Below are positions 6,591 through 10,822 of a DNA stretch of 10,822 nt, one piece after another; the stretch's first letter is position 1, and each line of letters begins with the position of its first letter. The translations under genes were made by a program, and so were the position numbers. Location of the stretch: positions 74,930 through 85,751 of the forward strand of contig VMFW01000006.1 in assembly GCA_007376265.1 (NCBI GenBank), read 5' to 3'. Below the pieces are notes generated by a model that was not told the origin of the DNA, searched no databases, and saw only the letters and a program-made list of their open reading frames with translations. This stretch comes from Parcubacteria group bacterium Gr01-1014_20 (GTDB lineage: Bacteria; Patescibacteriota; Minisyncoccia; UBA6257; 2-01-FULL-56-20).

Positions 6591-6845
6591 CTAAGCTTTT
6601 TTCCCTGGGGGTCGAACGAACTTTGCGTTGTGAGCTCGCCAACCGGCGGCTTTTCCACGAATATCGCTAAGTTCGACTTTCGATCCACACTCGGGTTCGG
6701 CCACTTCTTTCCAGACACTTTTGTCCAGAGAAAAAGTAACTGAACCACCTTCCAGTTGATCAGATCGCGCCACGGCGTATTTGCCGTGAGGCCCATCGAT
6801 GACTTCCTGGACAATGCCTATGAATGCTTGGTTACGCTTAGCCAC
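6591..6845 (-). CDS. 84-aa soluble beta-rich (OB/SH3-like?) protein with a GTG start; first gene of the operon
   Basis: SD AGGAGG lies 6 nt before GTG (6845-6843). An overlapping ATG two bases upstream is out of frame. The sequence VAKRNQAFIGIVQEVIDGPHGKYAVARSDQLEGGSVTFSLDKSVWKEVAEPECGSKVELSDIRGKAAGWRAHNAKFV has alternating beta-strand character and no TM segment. Confidence 0.6.
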   Translation of the reverse strand: MAKRNQAFIGIVQEVIDGPHGKYAVARSDQLEGGSVTFSLDKSVWKEVAEPECGSKVELSDIRGKAAGWRAHNAKFVRPPGKKA

Positions 6846-6992
6846 ATTCTCCCTCCTTCTCCTGTGGGTTTTTGGGTTAGCGTTTTCAAAGGAAAACCAT
6901 TGCCTCCTTTCTTGGTTTCTTCCGTTATTTGTCTAGCTTTTATTTCAAAGAGCTAAACTATCTTTGAACCCAATGAGGGTTCTAGACAATTC
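6846..6992 (-). promoter_or_regulatory. About 147-nt structured 5' leader of the four-gene operon, with three stem-loops and a decoy SD/mini-ORF
   Basis: Hairpins lie at 6966-6982 (GAACCC/GGGTTC), 6944-6968 (TTCAAAG/CTTTGAA, whose arm overlaps the previous hairpin by 3 nt) and 6882-6897 (GTTTTC/GAAAAC). On the minus strand AAGAAAGGAGG lies 2 nt before ATG (6900-6898), followed by GTT TTC CTT TGA. Confidence 0.35.
6929..6989. promoter_or_regulatory. Inverted pair of TTGTCTAG / CTAGACAA motifs flanking about 45 bp at the start of the leader; candidate operator
   Basis: TTGTCTAG at 6929-6936 (+) and TCTAGACAA at 6981-6989 (+, equal to TTGTCTAGA on the minus strand). The latter sits at about +4 to +12 of the predicted minus-strand TSS. 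Confidence 0.35.
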
Positions 6993-6999
6993 GACTAAT

Positions 7000-7028
7000 A
7001 TATTACACGATTTATTTAAATTTGTCAA
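7000..7028 (-). promoter_or_regulatory. Sigma70-type promoter for the minus-strand operon (TTGACA-17-TAATAT)
   Basis: Minus strand: TTGACA (7028-7023), 17-nt spacer, TAATAT (7005-7000). The predicted TSS is near 6993. Confidence 0.5.
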
Positions 7029-7049
7029 GTAATGCCGGGGTAGCTGAAT

Positions 7050-7078
7050 TTGACATTTCTATTGTTTAATGTTATATT
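7050..7078 (+). promoter_or_regulatory. Sigma70-type promoter for the AAA+ gene (TTGACA-17-TATATT with an extended -10 TG)
   Basis: TTGACA at 7050-7055, 17-nt spacer, TGtTATATT at 7070-7078. This leaves a 34-nt leader to the SD ACAGGAGG and the ATG at 7119. It is back-to-back with the minus promoter (the -35 boxes are 22 bp apart). Confidence 0.55.
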
Positions 7079-7118
7079 TCCAGACAGTTTTTTCACTCGT
7101 TAACACAGGAGGTCTTAT

Positions 7119-8729
7119 ATGAAAAAAGTGGAGAAGCCCCAAGAATCTATTCTTGCCGGCTTTGCTCGTGAAACTGGGGAAATGATTGGCCGAATTCAGA
7201 GCATGCTTGAACCGAAGGAGGCAACTTTTACCCGAAAGCCTGGGGATGAATCATTACCAGTCGATCGGGAGGTAATCGAAGCTCAGCTTGACTTGCTTGG
7301 AGAACACCAAAAAATGCTTTCACAGATCGGTGAATCCCCGAGAATCTTGGCCACCGTGCTTGAGGTTTTGAGAACGGATGGCGAGGAAGCGAAAGTCATT
7401 ATTTTTTCGAGTGGGCGGAAACTAAGCGTCCCCCTTCTGGAGGGTCTTGAGGATCGCCAAGGCAAACTTCAAGCCGGTGATCTCGTAGAAGTTTCTCTCG
7501 ATACGGAACAGATCATCCAAAAGGCGAATTTCTTACCGAGAGGCGACGTGGTGACAGTAAAAAACATCATATCCCCTTCTCTCATTGAAGTTCAACACGG
7601 AGACACTCCGAAGGTCGTCTATCGAGGCAGGTTTTCTGACAATGGTCAGGCAATCGAAGCCGGAGACAGGGCATACCTAGACGAAGGTGGAATGATCGTC
7701 GTTGCAAATCTCGGAAAAGATGAAAGTCGATTCCGGGTTACTGATTTCCGTCGAGTGGAATGGGACGAGATTGTTGGGCTTGACCGCGTTAAGCAGGAAC
7801 TAATGGACGCGGTCATCTACCCAGCCCTTCACCCCGAACTCTATCGACGTTACCGTCAGACCTTTGGTCGCGGAGTGGTTCTGCTTGGACCTCCCGGATG
7901 CGGAAAGAGTATGCTCGCAAGAGCCGTCATCACCGAGATCGCGAATCGATATGGTCCCGAAGGACTAGCTTCTGGAGCGATCTTTCTCAAAGGTCCCGAA
8001 TTTCTAACAAAATACGTCGGGGATTCCGAGGAGATCATTCGCTCGATTTTCGAGAGGACCAGGCGCCACAAGAAGAAGTTTGGTTGGCCAGCGATCGTGG
8101 TGGTGGATGAAGCGGAGGCGGCCTTTCGCAAACGCGGAAGTGGTAAGAGTTCCGACGTTGAAATTACCACAACCACAACCTGGAACGCGGAAATGGACGG
8201 CATGGAGGAGTCTGGCGCGTTTTTTATCCTAGCGACCAACAGAGTTGATCTCATTGACGGGGCAATCCTGCGAGATGGGCGAGTTGATTTGAAAATCACA
8301 ATCGACCGGCCGAACCAGGAGAGCGTTCGAGGAATCTTTGAGAAAAACTTCACCGGCCTTCCTCTTCAGGAGACAGCAGCCGAACTCGCAGCTTTCGCGG
8401 CGCATGAATTTTTCTCTGACCAATTCCCACTTTTCGAGATTAAGCGAATCTCCGTTCCGGAGCCACTCAAGTTTTCACTTCGTGACATCGTAAACGGAGC
8501 GATGATTGTGGCCATCGCGAGTGCGGCGGCCAAGGTCTCGATTCGTCGAGAACGTGAAACCGGAAAGGAATCGGCGATTACCCGAGAGGACGTCCGGCGG
8601 GCCATTGCCGACAAGCAAGCAGAGTGTTTGCGTCTCGACTGGAGTGACGAATTGGCTGACTTTACCCACGATTTTAACCTGGATGTCATTGACATCAGCA
8701 AGGTTGTCCAGGGTCAAACTACGAAGTAA
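7119..8729 (+). CDS. arc: AAA+ ATPase of the ARC/Mpa (proteasome-associated ATPase) type: N-terminal coiled coil, tandem OB-like interdomain, one AAA module; no GQYL tail
   Basis: Walker A GPPGCGKS, Walker B VVVDEAE. The segment GKSSDVEITTTTTWNAEMDGMEESGAFFILATNRVDLIDGAILRDGRVDLKITIDRPN closely parallels the Mpa/ARC segment [20 protein letters not shown]...[28 protein letters not shown]. Residues 1-70 are helical (LEPKE...QLDLLGEHQKMLSQIG). Residues about 75-215 are beta-rich with G/D turns (OB-like). The C-terminus is ...VVQGQTTK. Confidence 0.9.
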   Translation: MKKVEKPQESILAGFARETGEMIGRIQSMLEPKEATFTRKPGDESLPVDREVIEAQLDLLGEHQKMLSQIGESPRILATVLEVLRTDGEEAKVIIFSSGRKLSVPLLEGLEDRQGKLQAGDLVEVSLDTEQIIQKANFLPRGDVVTVKNIISPSLIEVQHGDTPKVVYRGRFSDNGQAIEAGDRAYLDEGGMIVVANLGKDESRFRVTDFRRVEWDEIVGLDRVKQELMDAVIYPALHPELYRRYRQTFGRGVVLLGPPGCGKSMLARAVITEIANRYGPEGLASGAIFLKGPEFLTKYVGDSEEIIRSIFERTRRHKKKFGWPAIVVVDEAEAAFRKRGSGKSSDVEITTTTTWNAEMDGMEESGAFFILATNRVDLIDGAILRDGRVDLKITIDRPNQESVRGIFEKNFTGLPLQETAAELAAFAAHEFFSDQFPLFEIKRISVPEPLKFSLRDIVNGAMIVAIASAAAKVSIRRERETGKESAITREDVRRAIADKQAECLRLDWSDELADFTHDFNLDVIDISKVVQGQTTK

Positions 8730-8732
8730 CTT

Positions 8733-8766
8733 TAAGCCCCGTGCATTACGCGCGGGGCTTTTTCTA
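8733..8766 (+). terminator. Rho-independent terminator of the AAA+ gene
   Basis: AAGCCCCGTGC-attac-GCGCGGGGCTT followed by TTTTCT. The stem motif is the same as in the terminator at 500-525. Confidence 0.8.
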
Positions 8767-8790
8767 TCCCCACCAACAAATAGCGAAAAA

Positions 8791-8826
8791 CAAAAAGCCC
8801 CACTTAACGGGGCTTGTTCTTTTTGC
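8791..8826. terminator. Bidirectional intrinsic terminator: a backup for the + strand and the terminator for the minus-strand cyclase-tgt unit
   Basis: aAAAAGCCCC-acttaac-GGGGCTTgttcTTTTTg. A-run before and T-run after, so it works on both strands. Confidence 0.7.
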
Positions 8827-9025
8827 TGCGTGGGAAACTGGGAATAATGGCTCGAATGCCGTTGATCAGGTCATTAACGATTCTCACGAACCGATCCGGA
8901 GAGTTAATAGCTTGAAGTGAAAGCGGGGTCCAATAAGTTTTAATAGGATCTCTTCCCGTGGCAGGAACTTCGTTTTTGCTGGTTTTACTTTCCGTTGGTT
9001 CTGGTACGGTTTCCTGACCCTCCAT
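8804..9025 (-). CDS. Possible 73-aa hydrophilic small protein (MEGQETVPEPTESKTSKNEVPATGRDPIKTYWTPLSLQAINSPDRFVRIVNDLINGIRAIIPSFPRSKKNKPR)
   Basis: An AAGGTGG SD lies 7 nt before the ATG at 9025. A TTG six nt upstream is the alternative start given in the ORF track. The stop TAA (8806-8804) lies in the loop of the bidirectional terminator. There are no TM segments and no recognisable motif. Confidence 0.3.
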   Translation of the reverse strand: MEGQETVPEPTESKTSKNEVPATGRDPIKTYWTPLSLQAINSPDRFVRIVNDLINGIRAIIPSFPRSKKNKPR

Positions 9026-9104
9026 AGTCAACCCACCTTGATAAGGGTGATCTGTCTGCTTGGTGAACTAAATCCAGCTTAATACTCTCGGGAATAAATT
9101 TCAA

Positions 9105-10298
9105 CTATTCAACTCGATTTTTCTTCTCTGCCAACGAAGTTAAATAGGATTTTTTGAAGTTCTTAAATTCACCGAATTTAATGGAATCTCGGACTTGACT
9201 CATCAGATGGTTAAAGAAGTAGATGTTGTGAATGCTCGCGTATCTCGGGGCTCGGGGATCACGATCTTTAAAAAACTGGTAGATGTCTTTTTTGGTGATG
9301 TTCTTTTCGTCACAGACCGGACAGGAGCAATCGATGACCAAAGGACTTTCGTCGTGCATGTATTTTCCCTTCACGACGTCAAAACGACCTGAGCTGCCCC
9401 AAATTGAGCCGTGGCGACCCTCTCGGGTGGGAATAACACAATCCATCGTGTCCACTCCTCTTTCCACGGCTTCAAAGATGTCATCAATTCGGCCAATCCC
9501 CAAAAGATGGCGGGGCTTATTTTTTGGTAAAAATTGATTAACCCATTCAAGTTCCACAAAGGTGTCGTTTTTTTGACTGCCAAAGGAGGATCCGAATGCG
9601 CCACCGATGGCGAACCCGTCAAATGGCATGGCGCCAATCACCTTAGCGCTTTCTTTCCGCAAGTCCTCGAAAGCACCCCCTTGAACAATTCCGTAGATAA
9701 ATTGCTTGGAGATTTTGGCGTCAAGCGAACGAGTGGCCCAGGCGTGGGTTCTTTCCATGGCTTTTTTGGTGTATTCGTAGTCGTGCAGGGGCGAACTGGG
9801 CTCATCAAAAGCCAACACGATATCGGCCCCAAGTTGCTCCTGGATTCGAAGCGAAAGTTCGGCGTCCAAGTAAATCTCTTCACCAGTTTCAGCGGTAAAA
9901 TAAACTCCGGAATCAGTAACCCGAACCAAATTTTTGTCTTTCATTTCTTTCCCCGCGTTTTCCGCTTTAGCAATTTTGCCGGAGCCTAGCTCTCTCGCAT
10001 AGCCCATGCTAAAAACCTGAAAACCACCACTATCGGTCATGATTGGTCCGTCCCACTCCATAAATTCGTGGAGGCCGGGAAAAGCGTTCAACCCCTCCTC
10101 GCCAAGTGACCGCCAGAGGTGGTAGGTGTTTGATATGACAATTTGCGTGCCGCTCGGCTTAACATCTTCTGGTTCTAGACAACGAATGTGACCGTCAGTA
10201 CCCACCACAACGTAACTAGGGGTTTCAACCTGACCGTGTTTGGTTTTAATAACTCCAAGACGAGCTTGGCCGTCTTCCTTTAGGAGATCAAAAATCAT
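9105..10298 (-). CDS. tgt: Queuine tRNA-ribosyltransferase (tRNA-guanine transglycosylase)
   Basis: [49 protein letters not shown], and the zinc site CSCPVC...H all align with bacterial Tgt (E. coli VETPCFMPVGTYG / ILGNTFHLW / [22 protein letters not shown] / CDCYTC). There is no SD. The start lies 31 nt after the upstream gene's stop. Confidence 0.9.
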   Translation of the reverse strand: [397 protein letters not shown]

Positions 10299-10329
10299 GA
10301 ATTAGGAAAGGTGAGGGTAGCTCAGAAAA

Positions 10330-10822
10330 TTAACTTTTTATAAGGATGGCCCGCACCGGTGAAGCTTCTCCTCCGACTATCTTTAGGGGTAGTCCAAAAA
10401 AATAGTACAATCCCGCCTTAACATTTCGGAGAAAAAGGCCTTCGTAAATTAACACTCCCCTCTTTAAAAGAAGTGGGTGAACGGTGTCGGGTCGAAGCCC
10501 AAATTTTCTGATGGAAGGCCCATCAATACCTACAGCCTTGACACCACTCTTAATTAGGGCTTTGGCGGCTGATTCGTTGAGATGGACAAATTTTTTATCG
10601 AATTTTTTAGAATGCCGTGAAGAGTTCCTGGTTTTGATAAGGAGAATTTCGTCTACTTTGGGTTTGATTCGGTTGATTTCTTTAGCGGAAATTTCTGTTT
10701 TAACTTTGCTCATATCTACCACTCTCGCCCAACCAAAGCATTTTTCTAGATTAATTTTTTCAGCCGAGAGCGCGCTTTTAGAGTAGTGGGGTGGGAGATC
10801 TAGGTGCGAGGCGGTGTGAAGG
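10330..10822 (-). CDS. Cyclase-family protein (kynurenine formamidase-like, PF04199-type), with the 5' end outside the window
   Basis: The minus-strand frame stays open from the track's GTG (10722) up to the window edge. The extra 33 codons read LHTASHLDLPPHYSKSALSAEKINLEKCFGWAR and contain the H-x-x-x-H-x-D-x-P-x-H metal motif of cyclase/KynB proteins. The C-terminus GLPLKIVGGEASPVRAILIKS matches the family's PLKxxGGDGSPxRAxA ending. Confidence 0.75.
   Translation of the reverse strand, partial: LHTASHLDLPPHYSKSALSAEKINLEKCFGWARVVDMSKVKTEISAKEINRIKPKVDEILLIKTRNSSRHSKKFDKKFVHLNESAAKALIKSGVKAVGIDGPSIRKFGLRPDTVHPLLLKRGVLIYEGLFLRNVKAGLYYFFGLPLKIVGGEASPVRAILIKS

Noticed and set aside
6591-6845. 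Whether any small protein here (the 84-aa protein or ORF 8804-9025) could be Pup, given the ARC/Mpa-like ATPase.
   Set aside because: Neither ends in GGQ/GGE, and neither has the disordered-then-helix Pup pattern. The 84-aa protein looks beta-rich and folded.
6898-6913. The mini-ORF MVFL behind AAGAAAGGAGG, considered as a bona fide leader peptide.
   Set aside because: The SD-ATG spacing is only 2 nt, which is too short for efficient initiation. I kept it only as a decoy SD or structural element within the leader finding.
7036-7060. GCCGGGGTAGCTGAATT looks like the 5' end of a tRNA acceptor stem and D-arm. A similar GGGTAGCTCAGAAAA occurs at 10314-10328.
   Set aside because: Neither continues into a D-loop, anticodon arm or T-arm (there is no GTTCGAATC-like box), and the first overlaps the -35 of the + promoter. 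They are chance resemblances.
8804-9025. YajC, which is often encoded after tgt in proteobacteria.
   Set aside because: It has no N-terminal TM helix and no similarity to the YajC core.
1-10822. Mobile elements, CRISPR arrays, a prophage or a defence island.
   Set aside because: I see no direct-repeat arrays, no transposase, integrase or recombinase-like ORFs, no att-like long repeats, and no compositional discontinuity. The region reads as ordinary chromosome apart from the uncharacterised operon.

Overview
The window is almost entirely coding and looks chromosomal: GC is roughly 50% by eye and most genes use very strong Shine-Dalgarno sites (AAGGAGG/GGAGG). I found no rRNA, tRNA, CRISPR, transposase or integrase signal. 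Layout: (1) The 3' end of a + strand gene (1-479) with an intrinsic terminator, followed by a 215-nt non-coding island closed by a convergent minus-strand terminator. (2) A long minus-strand transcription unit runs from about 7028 down to about 744. It begins with a sigma70-like promoter (TTGACA-17-TAATAT) and a roughly 147-nt hairpin-rich leader. Four uncharacterised genes follow: an 84-aa beta-rich soluble protein (GTG start); a 237-aa protein with a Pro-rich disordered N-terminus and a C-terminal coiled coil; a 358-aa protein with two N-terminal TM helices and a long helical cytoplasmic domain; and a 607-aa protein made of an N-terminal TM anchor, an NMT1/NrtA/SsuA-like (TauT-family) substrate-binding core and a C-terminal OmpA/MotB-like peptidoglycan-binding domain. 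After a weak hairpin come a TauT-family ABC permease and an ATP-binding protein whose stop and start are 2 nt apart, then a 67-aa two-TM micro-protein (TTG start, perfect SD) and a terminator. (3) An ARC/Mpa-type AAA+ unfoldase (N-terminal coiled coil, tandem OB-like region, single AAA module) is transcribed divergently from the same control region. It has its own TTGACA-17-TATATT promoter and no C-terminal GQYL/HbYX tail. Two tandem terminators follow. (4) A minus-strand unit contains a cyclase-family (kynurenine-formamidase-like) gene whose 5' end runs off the window, tgt, and a possible small ORF ending in a bidirectional terminator. The best candidate for a novel system is the four-gene cytoplasm-to-peptidoglycan envelope operon: a substrate-binding protein with an OmpA-domain fusion sits next to its ABC importer and shares a bidirectional control region with the ARC-like unfoldase. 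That control region carries a TTGTCTAG operator-like motif, found four times in the window. A 26-nt translation-initiation cassette is also duplicated almost identically (25 of 26 nt) upstream of two genes 3.9 kb apart. All homology calls come from reading motifs by eye; no searches were run.
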